Part shown: piece by piece, positions 33,328 to 43,506 of the stretch
Position numbering within the stretch: the stretch's first letter is position 1
How the letters are laid out: every line of letters begins with the position of its first letter
Assembly: GCF_049537125.1 (NCBI RefSeq)
Contig: NZ_JBMVQY010000003.1
Location: 323,128 to 387,127 of the forward strand
DNA length: 64,000 bases
Source of the DNA: Limisphaera sp. VF-2
GTDB lineage: Bacteria; Verrucomicrobiota; Verrucomicrobiia; Limisphaerales; Limisphaeraceae
Direction of reading: 5' to 3'
Translations under genes and position numbers: made by a program
Notes under the pieces: generated by a model
What the model was told of the DNA's origin: nothing
Database searches by the model: none
The model's input: the letters and a program-made list of their open reading frames with translations, nothing else

Positions 33328-35916
33328 TCAGTGCCGCAGCAAGGTTCCGCGAGTCACACCGAGCTGATGGACCAGCCGCAGTTCCCGCCAGAGCTCTTCT
33401 CCGCGAATCTCCCCGCGCAATAGTTGCTGGTATCGCGTGAGGGTGCGGTGCACCTCCTCCGGTCCCTCATCGAGGAACTCCACCCGGAAATGGCGCACGC
33501 CGACCTCCTTCAACAGATCGACGAATTCGGCACCGGTTTGGGCGCGCGCGTTGAACACCGTGTTGCGACATCCCGCATCGGCCTTCACCGGATGCGCCAT
33601 GCCCACTCGGTCCCGCAATCGGACCTCATGACGCTCGCACGGCCGTCCGCAATCCCGGTAATCCCGGCCGGTGGAGAGGAACGCGCAGAACACGCAGTGC
33701 TCCATGTGAAACATGGGCATGTGTTGGTGAATCGTGACTTCCAGGCGTCCGGGGGGCAACACGCGGGCCAGGGCCGCCAACTGGCGGGCGTCCAGGTCGT
33801 AGCTGGCCGTCAGCCGTTCCAATCCGAATTTTTCAAGGAAATATTCCGCGGCCAGGTGGTTGGCCACGTTGAGCGTGTAATCTCCCACGCAGCATTGTCC
33901 GGCGAACCACGCCAATTGATCCGGGTTGCGCACCAGAAAACCGTCGGCCCCGCAGGAGGCCACCTGACGCAGAATCCATTCCTCTCCCGGCTTCGTGATT
34001 CGTGGCCCGGCCACCCAGAGGGTTGCGGAACAAGCGTGCGAGGCGTTGTGGTTTCGCACTGCTTCGACGGCGATCCGATACTGTTTGGGGTTCTCCAGCT
34101 CGCAGTAGATCGTGCCAACGCCCCGGGCCAGGGCGGCCTCGAGCTGGGCCAGCGACCGCACCAAAACGAGCAACGTCGCCGCGTCCTCCGGCGGCCGGTT
34201 GACCGATCGGGCACGATCAACCTCCGGAGCCGGCCGTTGACTGGCCGGGGCCACCACGGGTTCGGCTCGCACGGTCCACCGGGGCGGCTGACGACGGCGC
34301 CGTTCCAGCTCCTCGACGGCCTGCCGCCGCAACCGGTTCAGCTCGCTCCAGGGCAGCAAAAGATCCCCCTCCAGCGTGCTTTCCAACTCTGCCAGGTAAA
34401 ACGGCGTACCGCCCAGGCGACCCAATTGTTCCTGAAGCCGCTCCACGGTCAGGGGATGCTGCCGGGCCAGCACGAGCGGGATCGCCGACGCCAATTCAAC
34501 GCGATGTCCGAGTTCGTCTTCGACGCGCAGGCGCAGCGGCTCGCCTGCCCGGCCCGCCACCTGCATGCGCAAGGGTCGGAGGTATCGGGGCGCGGGCCCT
34601 GCGTAGGTCTCGCGCCAGAACCGGTCCAGGGCCGGATCGTCGGTCTTCCAAACCTTTTGCCCCGCGCGCACCCGTTGCCAGCGAATGGTTCCCGGCCCGA
34701 ACCGAAGCCGGATCAGACCGAGCTGCGGGTCTGCTGCCTTGACCGGCTCGATGGCATACACGCGGCCCCCCTCTTCGCGCAGCTCGGGTTGCCCGGCGTC
34801 GAAGACCACGCCGTCGCCCGGTCGAATCGGGCCCGATTGGCGGAGGATGACCGCCTCCCGTTCCACACGCACGACCTCACCCAGGTACACCCCGCGTTTT
34901 TTTCCGAACCGCCCATGGACGAGCGCCTGGTTGTCGATGCCGCGCAGCCAGCCCGTGTAGAGCCCTCGCGAGAAGGCCATCTCGAGCTGATAGCGTGTCT
35001 CGGGCGAAACGGGCCACGTGTCGGGCAACGCCTCCGGCTGCTCCGCCAGTTCGGCCAGTCGATCCAGAGCCTCGCGATAGGCGCCCGTGACATTGGCCAC
35101 GTATTCTGCCGACTTCAGGCGCCCTTCGATTTTCAATGACGCCACGCCGGCCCGCACCAGTTGGGGGAGCAGCTCCAGCCCCATGAGATCCTGCGGGCTC
35201 AAGAGATACTGCCGATCCCCCAGGTCCACCGGCTGACCGTCGGCCAGCAGTTGGTAGGGCAACCGACAGGCCTGGGCGCACTCGCCCCGGTTGGCCGAGC
35301 GTTGGCCGAGCGACTCGCTGGTCAAACATTGCCCCGAATAGGCCACACACAACGCCCCGTGCACAAACACCTCCAGCGGCACCCCGCCGGCGCCTCCGTG
35401 GGCCCGTAACTCCGCCTGGATCCGCTCGATGTCCGCCACCGAACACTCCCGCGCCAGCACCACCAGTTGACAGCCCAGCTCGCGAGCCAGTCGCACCCCG
35501 GCCGCACTCGTCACCGTCATTTGCGTGGACGCGTGCATCGGAAAATCCGTTGAAAGCATGCGCACCAGCCGGGCCACGCCCACGTCCTGCACAATTACCG
35601 CGTCCACCCCGGCGGCCATCATCGCCCGCAGCTGCACCTCCGCTTCGGGCAGTTCCTCCTCGAACACGAGGGTGTTGAAGGTGACGTAGCCCCGAACCCC
35701 GCGCAGGTGCAACCACTCCATCAGTGCCGGCAGTTCCTCGACCCGGAAGTTTCGCGCCCGCATCCGCGCGTTGAAACGTTGCAGGCCGAAATAGACGGCG
35801 TCCGCGCCGTTCTCCACCGCGGCGCGCACGCAATCCCAATCGCCCGCCGGCGCCAGCAACTCGGGCAGCCACGGCGGACGCCGCCCGGGGTGTCGCCCGG
35901 ACCCTGCGGCTTTCAT
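33328..35916 (-). CDS. Long-form peptidase U32 family protein (tandem U32 domains; YhbU/YegQ/PrtC-like)
   Basis: MKAAGSGRHPGRRPPWLPELLAPAGDWDCVRAAVENGADAVYFGLQRFNARMRARNF...; second module ...PEDAATLLVLVRSLAQLEAALARGVGTIYCELENPKQY...; several conserved Cys (CxxC...C). Start at Met 87 of the track ORF (Met 75/79/80 are alternatives). Confidence 0.85.
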   Translation of the reverse strand: MKAAGSGRHPGRRPPWLPELLAPAGDWDCVRAAVENGADAVYFGLQRFNARMRARNFRVEELPALMEWLHLRGVRGYVTFNTLVFEEELPEAEVQLRAMMAAGVDAVIVQDVGVARLVRMLSTDFPMHASTQMTVTSAAGVRLARELGCQLVVLARECSVADIERIQAELRAHGGAGGVPLEVFVHGALCVAYSGQCLTSESLGQRSANRGECAQACRLPYQLLADGQPVDLGDRQYLLSPQDLMGLELLPQLVRAGVASLKIEGRLKSAEYVANVTGAYREALDRLAELAEQPEALPDTWPVSPETRYQLEMAFSRGLYTGWLRGIDNQALVHGRFGKKRGVYLGEVVRVEREAVILRQSGPIRPGDGVVFDAGQPELREEGGRVYAIEPVKAADPQLGLIRLRFGPGTIRWQRVRAGQKVWKTDDPALDRFWRETYAGPAPRYLRPLRMQVAGRAGEPLRLRVEDELGHRVELASAIPLVLARQHPLTVERLQEQLGRLGGTPFYLAELESTLEGDLLLPWSELNRLRRQAVEELERRRRQPPRWTVRAEPVVAPASQRPAPEVDRARSVNRPPEDAATLLVLVRSLAQLEAALARGVGTIYCELENPKQYRIAVEAVRNHNASHACSATLWVAGPRITKPGEEWILRQVASCGADGFLVRNPDQLAWFAGQCCVGDYTLNVANHLAAEYFLEKFGLERLTASYDLDARQLAALARVLPPGRLEVTIHQHMPMFHMEHCVFCAFLSTGRDYRDCGRPCERHEVRLRDRVGMAHPVKADAGCRNTVFNARAQTGAEFVDLLKEVGVRHFRVEFLDEGPEEVHRTLTRYQQLLRGEIRGEELWRELRLVHQLGVTRGTLLRH

Positions 35917-35977
35917 GACCGGGGACAATGCGGACATCATGGTCGCGACCATCGAAAAAGACTGCGCCGGGCCGCTG

Positions 35978-37087
35978 TCAGTGGCAAGTCGCCCGGTCAC
36001 CGCTGCTGGAGTCGGCGGTCGCCCCGGAGCCCGTTTCCAGTCGGGCCGGCTCCGTGCTCGAGCCCGGCCATCCCGGGGGCGCCCCCCGCACCGGGCCCCG
36101 CAACAAACCGCTCCAGACGCCCAGCCCCCAACAGGCATGAACCAGCAACAGCACCACCGGCAACACCGCCACACTGCGAAGGTCCCAGTCCGCCGGCTTT
36201 CGGCCGCACGTCAGCCGAACCGAGGCGGCTGCCACGTAGGCGCCGTAGAGCGCCGCCCACCCCGCCGCCATCGGACGGCCACCAGGCCCGGCCGCGGCGG
36301 CCCCGGCCAGAACCAGGCTAATCGCCACCCATAGTGGCGGGATGACATGGCGCGGCTGCACCGACCCCGGTGCCGTGGCCAGAAACCGCCCCTTCCAATG
36401 GCCGTAGCGGAGGTATTGCCGCGCCAGCCGGCCCAGCGTGGGCCGGACCCGGTAACGGGCACGCACCCAGGGCAAAAGCCATACCTGTCCCCCGGCCCGT
36501 CGCAGTCGGTAGTTGAATTCGTAGTCCTCGTGGCACGGGAAATCTTCGCGGAACAGACCGACGTGCTCGAAGACCTCGCGGCGCGCCACCCAAAACGGGA
36601 CACTGTCCACGGCCCGGGCCGGTTCCTGGGAGGGCACGGTGCGGTACCGGGCATTGCCGATGCCCAGCGGTGAACTGACGACACGCGCAATCGCCGAGCC
36701 CAGCCAGCCATGGCCGACGCAATCCCAGGCCCCGCCCGCCACCGCCAGGCCGGATGTTCGCTCCAACCAGCCCGTGCATTCGCGCAAATAATTCGGGGGC
36801 CACGAACCGTGTCCGTCCAGCCGTGCGATCCAGGGCCCCCGGGCCGCGCGCAGGCCCAGATTCAACGCCGCGGGAATGATGCAGCGGGGATTGTCCAGCA
36901 GTCGGACCCGGGCGTCGCGGCGCGCCAGGGCCATGATTTTTTCCCGCGTGCCGTCCGTGGACCTTCCATCCACCACGCAAATCTCCAGCGCCTCGGGCGG
37001 CCAGTCCTGCTGTAAAACCGATGTCACGGCCGACTCGATCGAGGCGGCCTCGTTCCGCACCGGCATGATCACGGACACCCGCTCCAC
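35978..37087 (-). CDS. Glycosyltransferase family 2 (ExoA-like) with C-terminal TM segments
   Basis: MERVSVIMPVRNEAASIESAVTSVLQQDWPPEALEICVVDGRSTDGTREKI...RLDGHGSWPPNYL...; immediately upstream of the U32 gene. Confidence 0.8.
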   Translation of the reverse strand: MERVSVIMPVRNEAASIESAVTSVLQQDWPPEALEICVVDGRSTDGTREKIMALARRDARVRLLDNPRCIIPAALNLGLRAARGPWIARLDGHGSWPPNYLRECTGWLERTSGLAVAGGAWDCVGHGWLGSAIARVVSSPLGIGNARYRTVPSQEPARAVDSVPFWVARREVFEHVGLFREDFPCHEDYEFNYRLRRAGGQVWLLPWVRARYRVRPTLGRLARQYLRYGHWKGRFLATAPGSVQPRHVIPPLWVAISLVLAGAAAAGPGGRPMAAGWAALYGAYVAAASVRLTCGRKPADWDLRSVAVLPVVLLLVHACWGLGVWSGLLRGPVRGAPPGWPGSSTEPARLETGSGATADSSSGDRATCH

Positions 37088-37483
37088 AACGGTCGACCTT
37101 CTCCCGGACTGTCCCGATGGACGGCTGCCTTACTGTGCCTCCCGGCCCGCCCGAGCGCGATTCCTTTTCTCAAAACTCCGTGAGCCCTGGCCCCGTGCCG
37201 CCGCCACCGGTCGCCTGCTATGGCCGGTCCCGTGCCGCGGCGCAGGGGACCGACCGACCCGGGTCATCGGAATGCGAACATCGGTTCTTTCCGAAGCCAA
37301 ACAAGGGACTCAAGGTCAAAAAGTCGGAACGCGTGTGTAGAACGCGACCGCCCGGTGCTTCCGGATCGCCACCGCAGGCCCGAATCAGGTACCGTCGGCA
37401 GCCGGCGCCGGCAGTTGCGGATCCCCCTCGGAAACCCCTTCCCTCCGCCCGTTCCGCAGGGCTCCCGTGCCGCGGCGGTCGGG

Positions 37484-38326
37484 TCACTCCGGTGTCAGTT
37501 GCCAGCGCTCCACTTCCCGTCGCACGGTTTTCAGATCCGCTTCCACCCGCGCCAGAATCGCCTTGATCTCCTCCGTGGGCTGGGACGGATCCGGCAGCGT
37601 GGCCAGCTCCTGCATGGTCGAGACGATGATCCCGATGAACAGGTTCAGGATGGTAAAGGTGGCCACCACGATGAACGGCACAAAAAACGCCCAGGCCCAG
37701 GGGTGGCTCTCCATGACGGGCCGCACGATCCCCATGGACCAGCTCTCCAGCGTCATGATCTGGAACAACGTGTAGAGGCTCTTGCCCAGCGTGCCGAACC
37801 ATTGGGGATGCGTGCCGCCGAAGAGCGTGGTGGCCAGCACGCCGGCGGTATAGAAGAAAATCGCCATGACGGCGATCACCCCCAACAGCCCCGGAATGGC
37901 ATGCAGGAAGGCCGCCACCACCTTTCGCAACTGCGGTACCACGGTCAACAGCCGCAGCACCCGCAGGACACGGAGCGACCGGAGCACCGACCAGGCCCCG
38001 GCCTGGGGAACCAGAGCAATGCCCACAACGAGTGCGTCGAACCAGTTCCACGGATTGCGCCAGAAAAGCCCGCGATACACCGCCAATTTGAGCGTCAACT
38101 CGATCACAAACGCCGTCAGGCAGGCGCGGTCCACCGCGACCAGCCACGGTCCCCAAAGTTCACGCACGCGGGCGCTGGTTTCCAAACCCAGCACCACGGC
38201 ATTGATCACGATCAGCGCCGTGATCGTCCACTGGGCCGGAGCCGATTCCACTTTCTGCGCCAGCGCAAGGCGCCAGGGCGCCACGCCGGGACGCCGCTCG
38301 AGTCGTTGCAAATCCAGGTCGCTCAT
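37484..38326 (-). CDS. Bacterial voltage-gated sodium channel (NavAb/NaChBac-like, single 6-TM domain)
   Basis: S4 voltage sensor LRSLRVLRVLRLLTVVPQLRKVV. The pore region LFQIMTLESWSMGIVRPVMESHPWAWAFFVPFIVVATFTILNLFIGIIV is almost identical in pattern to the NavAb selectivity filter TLESWSM. Start at MSDLDLQ (Met 168 of the track ORF), giving 280 aa. Confidence 0.87.
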   Translation of the reverse strand: MSDLDLQRLERRPGVAPWRLALAQKVESAPAQWTITALIVINAVVLGLETSARVRELWGPWLVAVDRACLTAFVIELTLKLAVYRGLFWRNPWNWFDALVVGIALVPQAGAWSVLRSLRVLRVLRLLTVVPQLRKVVAAFLHAIPGLLGVIAVMAIFFYTAGVLATTLFGGTHPQWFGTLGKSLYTLFQIMTLESWSMGIVRPVMESHPWAWAFFVPFIVVATFTILNLFIGIIVSTMQELATLPDPSQPTEEIKAILARVEADLKTVRREVERWQLTPE

Positions 38327-38828
38327 GTCTTCACCACCTTTCCCCTCCGGTTTTCCTCCGCGTTCCGGGGCTTTTGCCCGGTCATGCCTGCCCTGCTGCG
38401 AAACTGTCTGCATCGGCCGTTTCTCCGAACCGCAGCAAGGGTTGCCCGCGGTTTGGCCGGAGCGCGGCGCTAACATGGGGCCCTTGCCACGGTACGCAAG
38501 TATTTCCGTGCCATTGCCCGGGGTTTCTCCCGCGGTGGGAGCCGCCGACCCTGAAGACCCTGACAGGAGATCCATTGGTTTGGACGGGGCTTTCGCTGTT
38601 TCTCGGGAGAAGGGCGTCGTTTGGTGGTGGCGTTGGGAGGTTCTTGGTGTCGTCCTCGATGTGCCTGCTTCACAGGGAGGGATCGGTCTCGGCATAACAA
38701 CGCGAAACGTTTGCCTGCGGCCCGTTGGGGACGGTTCTTCGAGCGCCCTGCAACTCGGGTCGACCTCGTTCCGTTCTGCCCTGCCGCAGGCCGAAGGGGC
38801 GCCGGCACCTTCATGGGCTCTTGACAAC

Positions 38829-38844
38829 TTTTTTTTTTTTTTTT
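38829..38844. repeat. T16 homopolymeric tract directly downstream of a perfect TTGACA (38821-38826), 16 nt upstream of a small-ORF start codon
   Basis: Seen directly: ctcttgacaac + 16 T + ggctttagtaggggcATG. Confidence 0.9.
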
Positions 38845-38859
38845 GGCTTTAGTAGGGGC

Positions 38860-39213
38860 ATGAAAACGCCCATGAGAGTTCGCACAAGCCCATGGAGCCT
38901 GGCTCGATTCATTCACACCCCGGCGGCTGTACTTGCCGCCTGGGTGTTCGGCGCAGCTACAGCGGTCGCTTGCTACATGCCGTACTTGAGAGACTGCCCA
39001 CCCACGGCCATTTTCGGAGGTGAGACATGCACCCTGGCCGAACACACGCCTAACTACCCGTTCGTCCGCACCGCGCCACCAGGAAGTTGGGGGTGGACAT
39101 CCTTTTTCACCACGGGGGCGCTGGGCTGCGCGTACTGGTGCCCGAGCGTGCAGGACTATCGCGGTGCGTACACAGTGGCATACGTGACCGGTGACAGATG
39201 CCAGAATCCATAA
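38860..39213 (+). CDS. Candidate small secreted Cys-rich protein (117 aa) in an AT-rich patch
   Basis: MKTPMRVRTSPWSLARFIHTPAAVLAAWVFGAATAVA (signal-like) then CYMPYLRDCPPTAIFGGETCTLAEHTPNYPFVRTAPPGSWGWTSFFTTGALGCAYWCPSVQDYRGAYTVAYVTGDRCQNP (7 Cys). Internal Met 46 of track ORF 38725..39213. GC is visibly lower than the surroundings. Confidence 0.4.
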   Translation: MKTPMRVRTSPWSLARFIHTPAAVLAAWVFGAATAVACYMPYLRDCPPTAIFGGETCTLAEHTPNYPFVRTAPPGSWGWTSFFTTGALGCAYWCPSVQDYRGAYTVAYVTGDRCQNP

Positions 39214-39658
39214 CAGGAGCCACTTGACAACGATTCGCTGGCGGAGCGGCGCCTTGCAGCACTGCCCAGGTCGGGAACGCCCGGCCGGCAGGGCGGCGGG
39301 CGGAATGGCAGCCGCCCAAGGGCTGATGAGGGCGGGTCGGCCAGGGGTTGGGTATTGCCGCCCCGACGGGCAGGGTGGCGGGCGTTTGCTGTACCGGTCC
39401 AGAGAGTGCGAGCTGGGGGAGGGACGCCAGGGGTCCACGCGGTCAAGCAGGTATTCGGGCAGAGAGGGTTGCCGGGAGTGGAGCTAAAGAGCTCCGGGGC
39501 CTGGCCGGTGGGGTCGCGCGGAGCCGGCCTCACCAAATGACCGCCCGAGGGTTGCGCGAGCGGCAGCGGATGGCGGGGTGGTCTGGCTCGACCCGCAGCG
39601 CCGAGCCGCTCTATGCTTTTTAGGGGCGGGTGACAGGACGTCGGACCAAAACGGAGGC

Positions 39659-40792
39659 ATGGCGGCCATGAAACGGACGCAGGGAGTTTGCTGGATGTTG
39701 GTCGCGGTGACCGGACTCGAGGCGTGCTGGCTGTTTGCTGCAGAGACGGACGGGCACCCTTTTTCGGAAACGGATCCCGGGACCGCCTTCCGGAACTATT
39801 TGGCCCAGACCCCATGGGTGAAGTACGTGAGCTACCGGCGATCCCGGTCGTGGATTCGGCACGCGGTTTCTGACACGCTGGACAAGCCGGCCATCTACCT
39901 GCCCCGAATTTTCTTGTTGGAACGCTTCGAGGCCGCCTGGCAACCGGAGGGTTGGTACTGCCGGTGGTTCGGGACCGAGAAGGGGCACATCGTGCTCCTC
40001 CGGGGTGGCAAGGTGGGGTTCAAGCCCGTGCTCCCCGGACTGGAACTGATCGAAGGCCGCAATCGTGACTATTACTGGGCCTTGTTCGAGGATCACAAAG
40101 CCCTGCACGTGTCATTCCGCACGAACACGGCTGGGGGGCAGGGAGAATATCACGTAATGAGAGCTTTCATGGACGCCAAGTTGCTGGGTGACTTGCGGTT
40201 GGGGTTGGATCCGCTGGGCTGGGGACCGCTGCGATGGCGGAACGAAGTCGAATTCGAGGTGGAACCCGTGGAGGGGGTTCTCGCGCATCCCGGGGGCAAG
40301 GGACGAATCACTCGCTGGGATGAGCGAGGGCGGCCACTGGAACTGGTCTGCGAGGCCGTGCGATGGCGGGAGGGATCCTCGAACGTGTTTCGCGTCACGT
40401 ATACGTATCTTTCGGAGCGATCGTTTCTCCCATGGCAGTACGTGGTGGAAGAGGTGGACTTCCGAGAAGGGCTCCTGCGACATACGAACTATCTGGACAA
40501 GATTGAATTCGGGTTGGATCCGTCGGCGCCGGATGGGTATTTCCCGGAGATGTTTCGAAAACGGACCGAGCCCTTGGATCGGTTCTCGATTACTTCCAAC
40601 GGAGTCACGCATCAAATCATCGCTCGCGGCTTTGGGCCGGGCGGGGACTTCGGGCCCGAGGAGCCCCTGCCGGACCTGATGCCATGGCAGAATTGGCGGC
40701 GTTGGATCCTGGTGGGAGTCTTGGGAGTGGGGGTGGCCATGGTGTTCTGGGGCACCGGAAAACGTTGGTGGGCCCGGAAGCACGGCACCTGA
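39659..40792 (+). CDS. Exported hypothetical protein with N-terminal signal peptide and C-terminal TM anchor plus basic tail
   Basis: MAAMKRTQGVCWMLVAVTGLEACWLFAAE (signal) ... C-terminus WRRWILVGVLGVGVAMVFWGTGKRWWARKHGT. GGAGG precedes the start. First gene of a plus-strand 3-gene cassette; same topology as ORF 11072..12172. Confidence 0.6.
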   Translation: MAAMKRTQGVCWMLVAVTGLEACWLFAAETDGHPFSETDPGTAFRNYLAQTPWVKYVSYRRSRSWIRHAVSDTLDKPAIYLPRIFLLERFEAAWQPEGWYCRWFGTEKGHIVLLRGGKVGFKPVLPGLELIEGRNRDYYWALFEDHKALHVSFRTNTAGGQGEYHVMRAFMDAKLLGDLRLGLDPLGWGPLRWRNEVEFEVEPVEGVLAHPGGKGRITRWDERGRPLELVCEAVRWREGSSNVFRVTYTYLSERSFLPWQYVVEEVDFREGLLRHTNYLDKIEFGLDPSAPDGYFPEMFRKRTEPLDRFSITSNGVTHQIIARGFGPGGDFGPEEPLPDLMPWQNWRRWILVGVLGVGVAMVFWGTGKRWWARKHGT

Positions 40793-40871
40793 GGCGGCGG
40801 GAATCGCCAGGGGACCGCGCAGGCAAAAGAGGGCGGCCCCTTCGGCGCAAGCCTGACGACAAGTTGGTTTC

Positions 40872-41321
40872 ATGGACGAAGCGGCAAAAGTTGCGCAATC
40901 GGGTGGCAGGGCGGTGCGACCGGTGCTCGTACTGGCTGCGCTGGTTTTGCTGTTGTTGGGCGCCGCCAAACTGGTGGGGGTGGGACGGGGTGAGGGGGAG
41001 CAATTGCAGCTGTCGTCGGATTCCGTGGCCCAGTGGGAGCGCTGGGCGCGGTGGCAGGGGGCGGGGGAACTCGTCGCGGGCGCTCTGGTGCTGGTCCTGC
41101 CGAACCCGGCCGGAAGCCTGGTGCTGAGCGCCGTGGGCGCAGGCTTTCTGGCCTGGCAGTTCCTGGAAACACCCGGCGGCGTTCCCTGTCCGTGCCTGGC
41201 CGGCCTGCGCTCGTGGATCAGTTGGTTGCGGGAGCAGGAGGAGGAGTGGCGGACGGCTTTGGCGACGTGGTTTTTCCTGGTGGGGGTGTTGAGCTGGCGT
41301 TCGGCTCGGACGGGTGAATGA
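40872..41321 (+). CDS. Small polytopic membrane protein with CxC motif (paralogue of 10143..10691; MauE/DoxX-like, tentative)
   Basis: ...LVLLLLGAAKLVGVGRGEGEQ...LVAGALVLVLPNPAG...FLETPGGVPCPCLAGLRS.... The stop overlaps the start of the next gene (ATGA). Confidence 0.55.
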   Translation: MDEAAKVAQSGGRAVRPVLVLAALVLLLLGAAKLVGVGRGEGEQLQLSSDSVAQWERWARWQGAGELVAGALVLVLPNPAGSLVLSAVGAGFLAWQFLETPGGVPCPCLAGLRSWISWLREQEEEWRTALATWFFLVGVLSWRSARTGE

Positions 41322-42850
41322 GCGGGAACGGACAGGGCGCCGTAAGAGGGGGGCCCTTGGTAATCCTTGCGGTCCTCGGGGCCGCGTACGCGGCCTGCTG
41401 GAACTCTTGGAGGGTTGTGGTTGACGACGGGTGGGAGCTGGGGAAGATCCACTACGCCCTGCAGCACCCGGATTTGCTCCATCGCGTTTGGAACGATCAA
41501 CCCTGGTTGCACACTCTCCTCAACGCGGCGTTGTGTCGGTGGTTCGGGGAAGGACCGTGGATCCCTCGGTTGTTTACGGTGTTGTCAGTAGGGGCCATGT
41601 GGGCGGCGGTGGCCTGGATGGGGAGAAGTCACCTGGGCTTTGCGGGTTTGGCGTTCGGGGCGCTGCTCTGGGCAGGCAGTTATTGGACCTTGCCCATGAG
41701 CGTGAGCGCCGTGTTGGAGCCGCCCGCATTGGCGTGGGCGGTGGTCTCCGCAGGATTGCTGGCCCGTGCGAACGGTCCCCCGGGTTGGGGCCGGGCGGTG
41801 ATCTCGGGCGCCGTCATGGCAGCAGCCCTGCACATCAAATTCACCGCGGCGGTGGTGGCGCCGGGTTTGGCCCTGCTGGTTCTGCGGCTTTACGGGTGGC
41901 GGAAGTCGCTGCAGTTGTTGGGGCCCTGGCTCCTCGGCTGGGGCGCAGCCTTCGCGGCGCTGGCGTGGATTTCGCCGTCCTTTCGTTGGGAGTGGTTGCT
42001 GGGATCGCACTGGGCGGCGCGGGCCGGTGCCATGACCGATCCAACCTTCGAAAGGTATCCGGTCCCGCTCTTGGGAACTTCGCATCCGGTCATGTTGGCC
42101 TCGGGGGTTTTTGGATTGTGGACGGTAATGCGCCTGGGCTGGCCGCCGGTGGGCATGTTTGCAGTGGGCGCGTGGCTTGGCGCGTTCGTGTTCAAGGCGG
42201 TGGCGTATCCCTGGTGGCCGTATTACGAACACCACTTCGCGGTCCCCTTGACCGTGCTGGGGGCATTGGCGGCCGCCCAGGCCGCCCGCGTTCTGCGGGA
42301 TTGGTGGACTGAACCGCCCCAACCCGCCGGAAGCGCGTCGCCGGGCATGGGTTTGGGTCGACTGCGCAGCTTCGGGGTCGGTTGGTCGATCCTGGTCCTT
42401 TCGTCATTGGGGGCCCTTTGGGTTGGTTTCGGCGCCGCGGTGCCGTACACCCTGTGGGGCTCGAGGGGCTTGCCGGAAAGTCGCCTGGATCCAGTGCTTT
42501 TGCGGCACTTGCAGGAGGCTCCGCAGAAAGGCCGTTGGTGTTATGCTGCGCCCCATCATTATCCGGAGCTGGCGCACTGCCGGATGCTGCCGCCGCCGGA
42601 GCTTTTGATCGTGCCACGCAAGCGGTTCTGGAGCGGACAGATCACCTGGTCGCAAATCACAGAGTACCTGGACGCTTACGAGGTCGAATGGCTGATCCTG
42701 GAAGAGAATGTGGAGCTGGTGGAACCGGTGTTCGTGAGCTGGTTGACGAACCGCTACGAGATGGTGACTCGGCGAGGTGTCTCGCAGCTGTGGCGGCGGC
42801 TTCAGCCTGGCCCTGGGAATCGCGGAGGTGCCCTCCCGCCGGCCACCTGA
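41318..42850 (+). CDS. Large polytopic membrane protein, GT-C-like (ArnT/PMT-type) glycosyltransferase candidate
   Basis: About 11 predicted TM helices. First extracytoplasmic loop carries an acidic motif VVVDDGWELGKIHYALQ. Soluble C-terminal domain. Translationally coupled to the upstream CxC protein. Confidence 0.65.
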   Translation: MSGNGQGAVRGGPLVILAVLGAAYAACWNSWRVVVDDGWELGKIHYALQHPDLLHRVWNDQPWLHTLLNAALCRWFGEGPWIPRLFTVLSVGAMWAAVAWMGRSHLGFAGLAFGALLWAGSYWTLPMSVSAVLEPPALAWAVVSAGLLARANGPPGWGRAVISGAVMAAALHIKFTAAVVAPGLALLVLRLYGWRKSLQLLGPWLLGWGAAFAALAWISPSFRWEWLLGSHWAARAGAMTDPTFERYPVPLLGTSHPVMLASGVFGLWTVMRLGWPPVGMFAVGAWLGAFVFKAVAYPWWPYYEHHFAVPLTVLGALAAAQAARVLRDWWTEPPQPAGSASPGMGLGRLRSFGVGWSILVLSSLGALWVGFGAAVPYTLWGSRGLPESRLDPVLLRHLQEAPQKGRWCYAAPHHYPELAHCRMLPPPELLIVPRKRFWSGQITWSQITEYLDAYEVEWLILEENVELVEPVFVSWLTNRYEMVTRRGVSQLWRRLQPGPGNRGGALPPAT

Positions 42851-43506
42851 ATTCTTTCTCTCCTTTGGACGACCTGCCCGGGAGTGTGGGGCGCCGTGCC
42901 AAGCGACTTGCCCGGGGCGGGAGCATGGACGCACTCCCTTGAGGCGCGGCTGAATCGACCGCCCTTTGCAGGGGAATGAAGCGGGGCCGGCGCTGCGGGG
43001 GTGGGGGAATGGCGTGCAAGCCGTCGGAAAAATTGCCGTACCGGTCAACTGATTGCATCAGTGTGGTCAATTGCCCAGAGGTTGCAGGTAGGCACGAAGC
43101 CGGGCTCGCTTTGCCGGGAAAAGGTTGTCTTGGAGTGCGGGCGCATAAAGGCGTTGGTTGCCAGAAAGGCGCCGTAAAAAGGGATGCGAGGCCGCGCAGG
43201 CGCCGCGAGGGTTCGCCAGATCTTGGGAAGCGGTGGATCCGGGCAAGGCACCACGGACCACGGTACGGGGACGCTGGAGACGGGATTGCTTGTGGCTTGG
43301 ACCGCCCGCTGGAAGTTCGAAACGAGACCTCGATCTTGGGAGCGGGCGGCGGGGCGTGTTCGGCCGCCTTGTGGGAGGCGCGCGGCTTGACCGGAGGGGG
43401 CTTGCATTCTCGACGGCCGCCAATATACTCGAAGCGCAATACTCAAGGTGCATTTTGGGTTGTTCCCGCTGCGGTGCTTCAGCGGGAAAGCCCTGCAAAA
43501 AGCCAG

